Assembly: GCA_963664395.2 (NCBI GenBank)
Contig: OY761159.2
Location: forward strand, 2,112,001 to 2,176,000
DNA length: 64,000 nucleotides
Source of the DNA: Candidatus Binatia bacterium
GTDB taxonomy: Bacteria > Desulfobacterota > Binatia > Bin18
Direction of reading: 5' to 3'
Shown: one piece after another, positions 47,379-55,417 of the stretch
Position numbering within the stretch: the first letter of the stretch is position 1
Layout of the letters: the number at the start of each line of letters is the position of its first letter
Translations under genes and position numbers: made by a program
Notes under the pieces: model-generated
The model's input: the letters and a program-made list of their open reading frames with translations, nothing else
The model's database searches: none
What the model was told of the DNA's origin: nothing

Positions 47379-50300
47379 TTGGACCGCATCATTCAGTTCA
47401 GCCTCTCCAACCGCTCACTTATGGCCGTCCTCGGCGTCTTGCTGGCGGTGGCCGGATACCGCAGCTATGTGCATCTCCCCGTTGATGCCTTTCCCGATGT
47501 CTCCCCCAATCTCGTGCAGGTGTTTACCGAGACAGAGGGGCTGGCTCCGGAAGATGTCGAGCAATACGTCACGTATCCAATTGAAGCTGTGATGAACGGA
47601 TTGCCTCTCCTGGAACGTATCCGGTCCGTCTCGAACTTTGGGCTCTCTGTCGTCAGTGTGTACTTTCAGGATGGAACAGACATCTACTTTGCCCGCCAAC
47701 TGGTAAACGAACGGCTACAAGAAGCCCGCGAGCAGATTCCTGAAGGCTTCGGAACCCCCCGGCTTGGACCTATCTCGACCGGGATGGGGCTCGTACTGTT
47801 TTACTACCTCGAAGACGCAACCGGGCGGTATTCACTTGAAGAGCTACGAACCATTCAGGATTGGCTCGTCAAGTTTCATTTACAAACCGTGCCGGGTGTG
47901 ACCGCAGTGCTCGGGATTGGGGGCTATGAAAAACAATTTCAGGTGGCCGTCCATCCGGAACTCTTGCTCCGTGCCGGAGTTACTATCAGCGATGTGATTG
48001 TCAGTATCCGAGAAAACAACCTCAACGTCGGCGCGCAATTTATCGAGAAGAACGCCGAGGAGTTTGTCGTTCGGTCGGTCGGGCTCGCCTCGAACGTGTC
48101 GGATATCGAGAGCATCGTTATCAAGGCTAATGATGGCACCCCCTTTTTTTTGCGCGAGCTCGCGGACGTCGGGGTCGGCGGCGCGATTCGACGCGGAGTC
48201 CAGACCCGAAACGGCCTTGAAGAAGTGGTCGCCGGGATGGTGGTCAAGCTCTTTGGGGCAAATTCCTCAACGGTTATCGAACACGTTGAGGCCAAGATGG
48301 CAGAAATTAATCGCATCCTCCCGACCGGGGTCACACTTGTTCCGTATTACGAACAAAAGACGCTGGTGACGGCGTGTGTGACAACGGTCAGGAACGCCTT
48401 GGTTGAGGGTGTTGTCTTGGTGGTGCTCGTGCTCATGTTTTTCATGGGCAGCTTTCGATCCAGCGTCGTTGTCGCTCTTTCTATTCCCTTCTCGGTCCTC
48501 TTTGCCACGTTGTGGATGGGCTATTTCGACATTTCCGCAAATTTGGTGTCGCTTGGCGGACTCGCCATCGCTATCGGGTTGCTGGTTGATGGCACGATCA
48601 TCATGGTGGAAAACGTCGACCGTATGCTGCGCGAGGCCGACGCCGACGCACCTCGCAGTCAGGTGGTCGCCCGAGCGTGTTCGGAAGTCGCCCGCCCGAT
48701 CGTCTTTGCGGTTGCCATTATTGTCATTGTCTTCCTGCCACTGTTTCTGCTCCAAGGTGTGGAGGGCAAAACTTTTCGTCCGCTGGCGCATACCGTGGTG
48801 CTGGCCATGTGCGGCTCACTTGTCTTTGCATTATTGCTGGCTCCCGGCTTGGCGGCGACGGTCATGCGGCGGCCACGCCATGCGGACCGTGCGCCATCCG
48901 GAGGACGCGTCTCGCGCAGCCTGATCTATCCCTACCGACCGGTGGTGAGGCTCTTTGTTCGTTGGCCGGTGCTGGCCGTTCTTGTTGTGGTTCTTTTAGT
49001 CGCATTGGGTGGGGCAGTGTTTCCCTTGCTCGGCTCTGAGTTTACCCCACGCCTGCAAGAAGGGACGTTGGTGCTGCGGTTGACGATGGCGCCCTCGATT
49101 TCACTGCGCGAGAGTCAACGAGTGACGATGATCGTCGAGCGGCGGCTCATGAAAATTCCCGAAATTGCCGGAGTGGTGACACGGATCGGCCGGGGCGAAG
49201 TCGGCGCGCACACCGACCCCATTAATAGCGCCGAAATGTATATTCAGCTTCGTCCGCAAGAAGACTGGCGCACGGCGCAGAATCAAGAGCAGCTCGAAGG
49301 CGTCATTCGCAAGGAACTAGGGCGCGTCCCCGGCGTGCTGACAAACTTTACCCAACCAATCGCAATGACCGTCGACGAACTCCTTGAGGGCGTGCGGGCA
49401 GAGCTCGCCATTAAACTTTTTGGCGATGACCTGGATATCCTTATTGCCAAGGGCAACGAGATTGCCAGCGTGACACGGCGTATCCGAGGAGCAACTGACG
49501 TCCAGGTGGATCAGGTGGCGGGCATGCCGCAGCTTGTCGTCCGCGTGAATCGGCAAGCCGTCGCGCGATACGGCATGAATGTGGCGGACGTGCAGCAGAC
49601 GGTCCGAGCGGCAGTGGGTGGCGAAGTCGCAGGGCAGATTTTTGAGGGCAGCCGCCGCTTTGCCATTCTCGTCCGGTTTGCTCCGGAATACCGAAGCACG
49701 AGCGCCGCAATCAGTAACATTCTTGTTCCTGGTCCGGGTCGCGTACGCGTGCCGCTCTCAGAGTTGGCGACGATTGAGGAAGTGGTCGGCCCGCGTCAAA
49801 TCACCCGCGAGAATAATCAGCGCTTTCTCACTATTCAGTGTAATGTCTCGGGGCGCGATATCGGGTCGTTTGTAGCGGAAGCCCAAGCCGCCATTGAGAC
49901 GCAAGTGCACCTGCCGACGGGCTATTTGGTCACCTGGGGCGGGCAGTTTCGTCTACAACAGGAGGCAAATAAGCGGCTGGCCATCGTCATTCCGCTGACC
50001 TTGCTGATCGTTTTCTTGCTCCTGTTTTCCAGTTTTCAATCGCTCCGAAATGCGCTGTTGATTCTCCTCAATATTCCGCTGGCACTGGTGGGGGGCATGG
50101 TCGCGTTATGGGTCACGAGCCAGAATTTCTCCGTTCCCGCGTCGGTGGGATTCATCGCGCTGTTTGGCATCGCGCTTGAGAACGGCATGGTGCTGGTGAC
50201 GTATCTGAACCAACTGGTTCGTGAAGGTATTGCGGTTGACGAGGCGGCCATACGAGGCGCGTGTTTACGGCTGCGCCCGGTACTGATGACTGCCATCACA

Positions 50301-50468
50301 ACTGCTCTGGGACTGCTCCCCCTCCTCCTCTCCCATGGCACGGGCAGTGAGGTGCAGCGCCCGCTGGCTACAGTTGTGGTGGGCGGTCTGATCTCCTCAA
50401 CCGTGCTCACCCTCCTGGTACTCCCCGCGTTGTATACGTGGAGTGAGCAACGGCACGCGCATGTGTGA
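47379..50468 (+). CDS. czcA: CzcA/CusA heavy-metal RND efflux permease
   Basis: LPVDAFPDV, EGKTFRPLA, RLRPVLMTA, GSEVQRPLATVVVGG. Confidence 0.93.
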   Translation: MDRIIQFSLSNRSLMAVLGVLLAVAGYRSYVHLPVDAFPDVSPNLVQVFTETEGLAPEDVEQYVTYPIEAVMNGLPLLERIRSVSNFGLSVVSVYFQDGTDIYFARQLVNERLQEAREQIPEGFGTPRLGPISTGMGLVLFYYLEDATGRYSLEELRTIQDWLVKFHLQTVPGVTAVLGIGGYEKQFQVAVHPELLLRAGVTISDVIVSIRENNLNVGAQFIEKNAEEFVVRSVGLASNVSDIESIVIKANDGTPFFLRELADVGVGGAIRRGVQTRNGLEEVVAGMVVKLFGANSSTVIEHVEAKMAEINRILPTGVTLVPYYEQKTLVTACVTTVRNALVEGVVLVVLVLMFFMGSFRSSVVVALSIPFSVLFATLWMGYFDISANLVSLGGLAIAIGLLVDGTIIMVENVDRMLREADADAPRSQVVARACSEVARPIVFAVAIIVIVFLPLFLLQGVEGKTFRPLAHTVVLAMCGSLVFALLLAPGLAATVMRRPRHADRAPSGGRVSRSLIYPYRPVVRLFVRWPVLAVLVVVLLVALGGAVFPLLGSEFTPRLQEGTLVLRLTMAPSISLRESQRVTMIVERRLMKIPEIAGVVTRIGRGEVGAHTDPINSAEMYIQLRPQEDWRTAQNQEQLEGVIRKELGRVPGVLTNFTQPIAMTVDELLEGVRAELAIKLFGDDLDILIAKGNEIASVTRRIRGATDVQVDQVAGMPQLVVRVNRQAVARYGMNVADVQQTVRAAVGGEVAGQIFEGSRRFAILVRFAPEYRSTSAAISNILVPGPGRVRVPLSELATIEEVVGPRQITRENNQRFLTIQCNVSGRDIGSFVAEAQAAIETQVHLPTGYLVTWGGQFRLQQEANKRLAIVIPLTLLIVFLLLFSSFQSLRNALLILLNIPLALVGGMVALWVTSQNFSVPASVGFIALFGIALENGMVLVTYLNQLVREGIAVDEAAIRGACLRLRPVLMTAITTALGLLPLLLSHGTGSEVQRPLATVVVGGLISSTVLTLLVLPALYTWSEQRHAHV

Positions 50469-50642
50469 AGATAGGAGGCATCATTCAGCCTCAGCCTTTT
50501 TGTCTCTTTTCAGAAGAGAAAATAACGCTGGGCGAGGGGCAGGACCTGAGCCGGTTCGCAGGTGAGTATTTCACCGTTCGCTTTGACGACGTACGTCTCC
50601 AGATTGACTTCTATCTCCGGCAGGGCCTGATGGCCAGGGCGG

Positions 50643-50945
50643 TCCGTCACGGTGCTCAATAGCGGAGACCGACCCATTCAGGTGGGTTCGCATTATCACT
50701 TCTTCGAGGCCAATCGCGCGCTGCGTTTTCCTCGGGCCACGACTTTTGGTCTGCGGCTTGATATTCCAGCCGGTACGGCCGTTCGTTTTGAGCCGGGAGA
50801 AGAGAAAAGCGTACAACTCGTCCCGTTTGGTGGACAACGGACGGTCTTCGGTTTGAACGGTTTGACCGAGGGGAATACACAGGATGCCAGCGTTCGACAG
50901 CAGGCGCTCCTCAGAGCGGCAGAGCAGGGCTTCCTGAAAGAGTAA
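50643..50945 (+). pseudogene. ureB: Urease beta subunit lacking its normal N-terminus
   Basis: [24 protein letters not shown]...[15 protein letters not shown]; no in-frame MIPGE start. Confidence 0.85.
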
Positions 50946-50991
50946 ACGTGTCCTCCAATAAATATGCAGATGCTGGACACGTTTACTCTTT
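50937..50991. repeat. About 55-bp palindromic element (second copy at 31461-31516)
   Basis: AAAGAGTAAACGTGTCC...GGACACGTTTACTCTTT 17-bp inverted repeat; the two copies have related spacers (TCCAAT...TGCT). Confidence 0.8.
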
Positions 50992-51014
50992 TCCTCAGAC
51001 GAAGATGAGGCTGT

Positions 51015-51632
51015 ATGACAGGCTATGCTGAAGTTCCCCGGCTCGGTATCGGCGGACCAGTCGGCTCGGGGAAGACAGAGCTGATTGAACACGTGGTGCC
51101 GTATCTTCAGGGGCAGGGAAAACAGCTCGCGGTTATCACCAATGACATTCTGACCCAGGAAGACGCCCAACGCCTGCGCAGTCGCGGCTTCCTCTCCCCG
51201 GACCGCATTGTCGGCGTTGAGACCGGCGCCTGCCCACACACGGTTATTCGCGAAGATCCGACCATGAATCTGGAAGCAGTCCGCCGGCTGGAGGAACAGT
51301 TCCCTGCCCTGGATCTCATTATCTTAGAGAGTGGCGGGGACAATCTGGCGTCAACGTATTCTCCGGAACTCGCCGACGCCTTTGTCTTTGTCATCGACGT
51401 TGCCGGGGGCGACGACATTCCACGCAAGCGGGGGCTGGGGATTACCCGCTCAGACCTGCTGGTTATCAACAAGGTCGATCTTGCTCCGCATGTCGGAGCA
51501 AATATTGAGGTGATGACCCAGGATGCACGTCAGGCGCGTGGTACGCGGCCCGTTCTTCTCACCAACTGTAAAACAGGGATGGGGATTACGGACGTGGGCG
51601 AGTGGATTGAACGCGAATTACTCTTTGTCTAG
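51015..51632 (+). CDS. ureG: Urease accessory GTPase UreG
   Basis: [27 protein letters not shown]. Confidence 0.96.
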   Translation: MTGYAEVPRLGIGGPVGSGKTELIEHVVPYLQGQGKQLAVITNDILTQEDAQRLRSRGFLSPDRIVGVETGACPHTVIREDPTMNLEAVRRLEEQFPALDLIILESGGDNLASTYSPELADAFVFVIDVAGGDDIPRKRGLGITRSDLLVINKVDLAPHVGANIEVMTQDARQARGTRPVLLTNCKTGMGITDVGEWIERELLFV

Positions 51633-51645
51633 TGCTCTCTCCCCC

Positions 51646-52596
51646 ATGCCAGTGTCTGCGCATGACGCCTCCCGGCCGGGCCTCTCTCTTGATGCCGCCT
51701 TCTGGCCGCGCTCGTTTCAGGCCTATCTGTCTGACACACTCGATCAACGCCCGGCTGGTTCGGCTGGCAAGTCCGGCGCGTGCAAGCTGACCTTTGCAGC
51801 AGAGTCAGGAAAAACCCATCTTCAGCGCTCGTTTGTTTCCCATCCTTTCCATCTGACCCGTCCCTGGTATTTGGACCCGGCCTTGCCCGGTATGGCGGTG
51901 GTCTACGTCCAAACACCCGCGGGCGGACTAATTCAGGGCGATCGGGCAACGCTCCGGTTCGATCTGGGCGACGCGGCCCAAGTCCATATTACCAATCAGG
52001 CCGCAGAGAAGATTCACTCTATGACTGCCAACTGCGCACTGCAAAGCGTCTCGTTTGTTTTGGACGCAGGGGCCTATGCGGAGTATTGTCCCGAGCCCAT
52101 TATTCTCTTTCCCCGCGCGCGTTTCGGCCAGCAACTCCACGTCCAACTCGGCCGACAGGCGACCTTTTTCTTTTCCGAGATCTTTCTCATTCGTGGGGAC
52201 ATGACGCGAGAACCGTTTGAGGCACTCTCTACCAGCCTGAGCGTCACTGATGCTGCCGGCGCCCTACTCATACGAGAACACGGAGTCGTCCTCCCACTCC
52301 AGCAGCGCCTCACTGGCCCTGGCGTCCTGGGTCGCTATCACGTCTGGGGCCAAGCCGTCCTCGTTGGCCGATCGGTGACCGAGAGCTGGGCACGAGAAAT
52401 CCAAGGAAAGCTTCAAGAGGAATTGTTGCCTGACACAGCTCTCGTGGCCGGCACGACTGTCCTCCCAGAGGAATGCGGAATCTGCGTGAAAGTAGCAGGG
52501 ACAAGCGTTCCAGCGGTTCGACGGGTATTACGCCGAGCCTGGCACGGGCTGTGCCGGCGCCATCTCGGTGTTCCCGCACCAGACCTACCAAAATGA
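51646..52596 (+). CDS. ureD: Urease accessory protein UreD/UreH
   Basis: TPAGGLIQGD, TNQAAEKIHSM, PEPIILFP.ARF.Q; start at ATG 51646. Confidence 0.88.
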   Translation: MPVSAHDASRPGLSLDAAFWPRSFQAYLSDTLDQRPAGSAGKSGACKLTFAAESGKTHLQRSFVSHPFHLTRPWYLDPALPGMAVVYVQTPAGGLIQGDRATLRFDLGDAAQVHITNQAAEKIHSMTANCALQSVSFVLDAGAYAEYCPEPIILFPRARFGQQLHVQLGRQATFFFSEIFLIRGDMTREPFEALSTSLSVTDAAGALLIREHGVVLPLQQRLTGPGVLGRYHVWGQAVLVGRSVTESWAREIQGKLQEELLPDTALVAGTTVLPEECGICVKVAGTSVPAVRRVLRRAWHGLCRRHLGVPAPDLPK

Positions 52597-52597
52597 G

Positions 52598-52659
52598 GAA
52601 CGGAGGCCACGCATGCTGCGCATCAGTCATCGTCTCGGGAATGTCCATCAGGATTCCGA
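52598..52659 (+). repeat. Orphan copy of the ureE RBS and first 16 codons (partner at 63507-63568)
   Basis: GAACGGAG...ATG MLRISHRLGNVHQDS versus MLRVSHHLGNIHQDS. Confidence 0.9.
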
Positions 52660-52679
52660 AGGGGTAGTATGACGACGGA

Positions 52680-55193
52680 ATGAACGAAGCCACCGCCCGT
52701 ATCAAAATCAACAAGCTGCTCGAAGCAGCCGGCTGGGGTTTCTTTGCCGACGGCGACCAACCTGCCAACATCCGTCTTGAGCCAAGCGTTACGATAAAGG
52801 CGTCCGATCTCGACGCGCTTGGTAACGACTTCGATAAAACCGCTAAGGGCTTTATTGACTTTCTGCTGCTCGATACCAAGGGCTTCCCGCTCATCGTGCT
52901 GGAGGCCAAAGCCGAGGACAGGAATCCCCTGGTCGGCAAGGAGCAGGCGCGTAAATACGCTCGCTCGCTGAACTGCCGTTTCGTTATGCTCTCCAACGGA
53001 AATCTGCACTACTTCTGGGACCTGGAGCGCGGTAATCCCTACCTCATCACTACCTTTCCCACACCGGACTCGGTGGCCGGCTATGCGAGTGCCTCACCCG
53101 ACCCGCAGCGTCTGGTCAATGAACAGGTCAACGACGACTATATCGTCCTCACCCAGCGTCTCGGCTACGCATCCGAGGCAGCCTGGAAGAACGAAGACGA
53201 GCGCCCCGGCTTCATCCAGGCTAACAGACTTCGTTTTTTGCGGCCCTATCAACTGAGAGCCGTATACGCCCTGCAACGCGCGGTACACCAGGGCAAAGAC
53301 CGCTTTCTGTTCGAGATGGCGACCGGCACCGGCAAGACGCTCACCGCCGCAGCGGTCATCAGGCTATTCCTGCGCTCTGCCAACGCTCGGCGCGTGTTGT
53401 TTCTGGTGGACCGCCTGGAACTGGAGGAGCAGGCCAGAAAGGTTTTTGCGGCCCTGCTGTCCGCGGACTTCCAGACGGTCATTTACAAGGAGAAGCGTGA
53501 CGACTGGCGGCGGGCCGAGATCGTCGTCAGTACCGTTCAATCTCTGCTGTTCAATAACAAATACCAACAGCTTTTCTCGCCGACGGACTTTGACTTGGTG
53601 ATCTCCGACGAGGCGCACCGCTCGATTGGCGGCAATGCTCGGGCGGTATTCGACTATTTCGTTGGCTACAAGCTCGGTCTGACCGCCACGCCCCGCGATT
53701 ACTTACGGAGCTTCGACCAGACCAAGCGCACGACGCGGGACCCGCGTGAGGCCGAGCGTCGGCTGCTGCTGGACACCTATCGTACTTTCGGCTGCGAGAG
53801 CGGACAGCCAACCTTTCGCTACTCACTGCTCGACGGTGTCAGGGAGGGCTTTCTGATCAACCCCACGGTGGTGGACGCGCGGACGGAAGTCACCACCCAA
53901 CTCCTCTCCGAAGAGGGCTTTGTTGTGTCGTTCACCGAGGGCAGCGGTGAGGATCAGCAGGAAGCGTACAAGCAGCGCGAGTTCGAGAAACGCTTCTTTT
54001 CCGAAGCCACCAACCAACTTTTCTGTAAGACTTTTCTTGAGAACGCGCTACGCGACCCGATCAGCGGAGAGATCGGCAAATCCATTATCTTTGCCGTCAG
54101 CCAGCACCACGCGGCCAGGCTGACGCAAATCCTCAACCAGATGACCGAGCGTATGTTTCCCGGCAAGTACCAGTCCGATTTCGCCGTACAGGTTACCTCG
54201 CAGATACCCGACGCCCAGCAGTTCACCATCAACTTTGCCAACAACAACCTGATCGGCTCGGGCAACTTCCTGCCCGACTACAAGACCGGCAAGGCCCGTA
54301 TCTGCGTCACGGTCGGCATGATGACGACCGGGTACGACTGCACCGATATCCTGAATCTCGGCATGTTCCGGCCTATCTTCTCACCCACCGATTTCGTCCA
54401 GATCAAGGGACGGGGCACGCGCAAGCACGATTTTCGCGACCAACTTTTCGACATCGGCCTCAAGGACGCCGTCACCCAGCCACACAAAACCGCTTTCAAG
54501 CTGTTCGACTTCTTCGGCAACTGCGAATACTTCGAGGACGAGTTCAACTACGACGAAGTCCTCAAGCTGCCTCGACCTCGGGCTCAGGGGAACGGCGACG
54601 GCCCGCAACCCTACGGAACTTACGAGCATCTGGGCCGCGACATCCTCGAAGAAATTGCAGAAGAAACCATCGGCCTGGAGGGGATGAGGATAGACCGGAT
54701 GTTCTTCGACCGGTTCGCGGACGCAGTGCGACAAGACGAGACCATCGCGCAGGCCGTCGAAGCCGGCCAGTGGGACCGCGTTATGGACTACATCAACCGC
54801 GAAGTCTTCGACAAACCCGAGGAGTACTATACTCTTGCCAAACTGCGCAAAGCTGCCGCCGTGGACCGCCGCCTGACCCTGCGTGAAATTCTGGAAAAGG
54901 TTTTTGACATCATCCCGCGCTTCAAACCCAAGGACGAACTGCTGGAAGAAGAATTCACCAAGTTTGTCGCCGACCATACCCCGCCACGGGCTGACTCCAT
55001 TGCGGCTATCAAGGCCTACTTCAAAGCATACGCCACCGACGGCTACACTCGTGACATCATCGACACCCGGCAGTTCTCCAGGCTGGCCACCTCTCCGGTC
55101 TTTTCCATTGGCGACTATCGGGCCGTGCCGGAGAAATATCGCGCGATCATTCCCGAGTACGTGAAGGACTACGTGTCGTTGAACCAGTTCTGA
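52680..55193 (+). CDS. hsdR: Type I restriction endonuclease subunit HsdR
   Basis: IDFLL...LEAK nuclease, MATGTGKT, DEAHRS, LTATP, QIKGRGTR. Confidence 0.92.
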   Translation: MNEATARIKINKLLEAAGWGFFADGDQPANIRLEPSVTIKASDLDALGNDFDKTAKGFIDFLLLDTKGFPLIVLEAKAEDRNPLVGKEQARKYARSLNCRFVMLSNGNLHYFWDLERGNPYLITTFPTPDSVAGYASASPDPQRLVNEQVNDDYIVLTQRLGYASEAAWKNEDERPGFIQANRLRFLRPYQLRAVYALQRAVHQGKDRFLFEMATGTGKTLTAAAVIRLFLRSANARRVLFLVDRLELEEQARKVFAALLSADFQTVIYKEKRDDWRRAEIVVSTVQSLLFNNKYQQLFSPTDFDLVISDEAHRSIGGNARAVFDYFVGYKLGLTATPRDYLRSFDQTKRTTRDPREAERRLLLDTYRTFGCESGQPTFRYSLLDGVREGFLINPTVVDARTEVTTQLLSEEGFVVSFTEGSGEDQQEAYKQREFEKRFFSEATNQLFCKTFLENALRDPISGEIGKSIIFAVSQHHAARLTQILNQMTERMFPGKYQSDFAVQVTSQIPDAQQFTINFANNNLIGSGNFLPDYKTGKARICVTVGMMTTGYDCTDILNLGMFRPIFSPTDFVQIKGRGTRKHDFRDQLFDIGLKDAVTQPHKTAFKLFDFFGNCEYFEDEFNYDEVLKLPRPRAQGNGDGPQPYGTYEHLGRDILEEIAEETIGLEGMRIDRMFFDRFADAVRQDETIAQAVEAGQWDRVMDYINREVFDKPEEYYTLAKLRKAAAVDRRLTLREILEKVFDIIPRFKPKDELLEEEFTKFVADHTPPRADSIAAIKAYFKAYATDGYTRDIIDTRQFSRLATSPVFSIGDYRAVPEKYRAIIPEYVKDYVSLNQF

Positions 55194-55415
55194 ACTGTGA
55201 TTGAATGGGATTTTTGGGATTGATGGGATGCAGAAGGAGCATAAGTTTCGGAGTTGACCGGCCAGATCATCGGGTGTGCTATGACGGTGCATTCCGCGCT
55301 GGGCAATGGGTTTCAGAACGAGTCACCAACAAGAAGTTCAACCAAAAAAATCAACGCAATCCCAAAATCCCCTAAATCCTGTTAATCCTACCAATCCCAC
55401 AAATCACAGTTCAGA
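55189..55415 (+). mobile_element. Inverted-repeat-bounded element with an internally deleted GxxExxY-family gene remnant
   Basis: 14-bp perfect terminal IR TCTGAACTGTGATT / AATCACAGTTCAGA; subterminal GGGATT/AATCCC iterations; internal ELTGQIIGCAMTVHSALGNGFQ. Confidence 0.65.
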
Positions 55416-55417
55416 CT

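Noticed and set aside
50465-50662. 65-aa ORF containing AGEYF as the true UreB N-terminus or a UreA-UreB linker
   Set aside because: Most of it is the 70-bp non-coding repeat also present at 44731. The sequence between GEYF and the UreB core does not resemble UreB and is out of frame, so the match may be coincidental.
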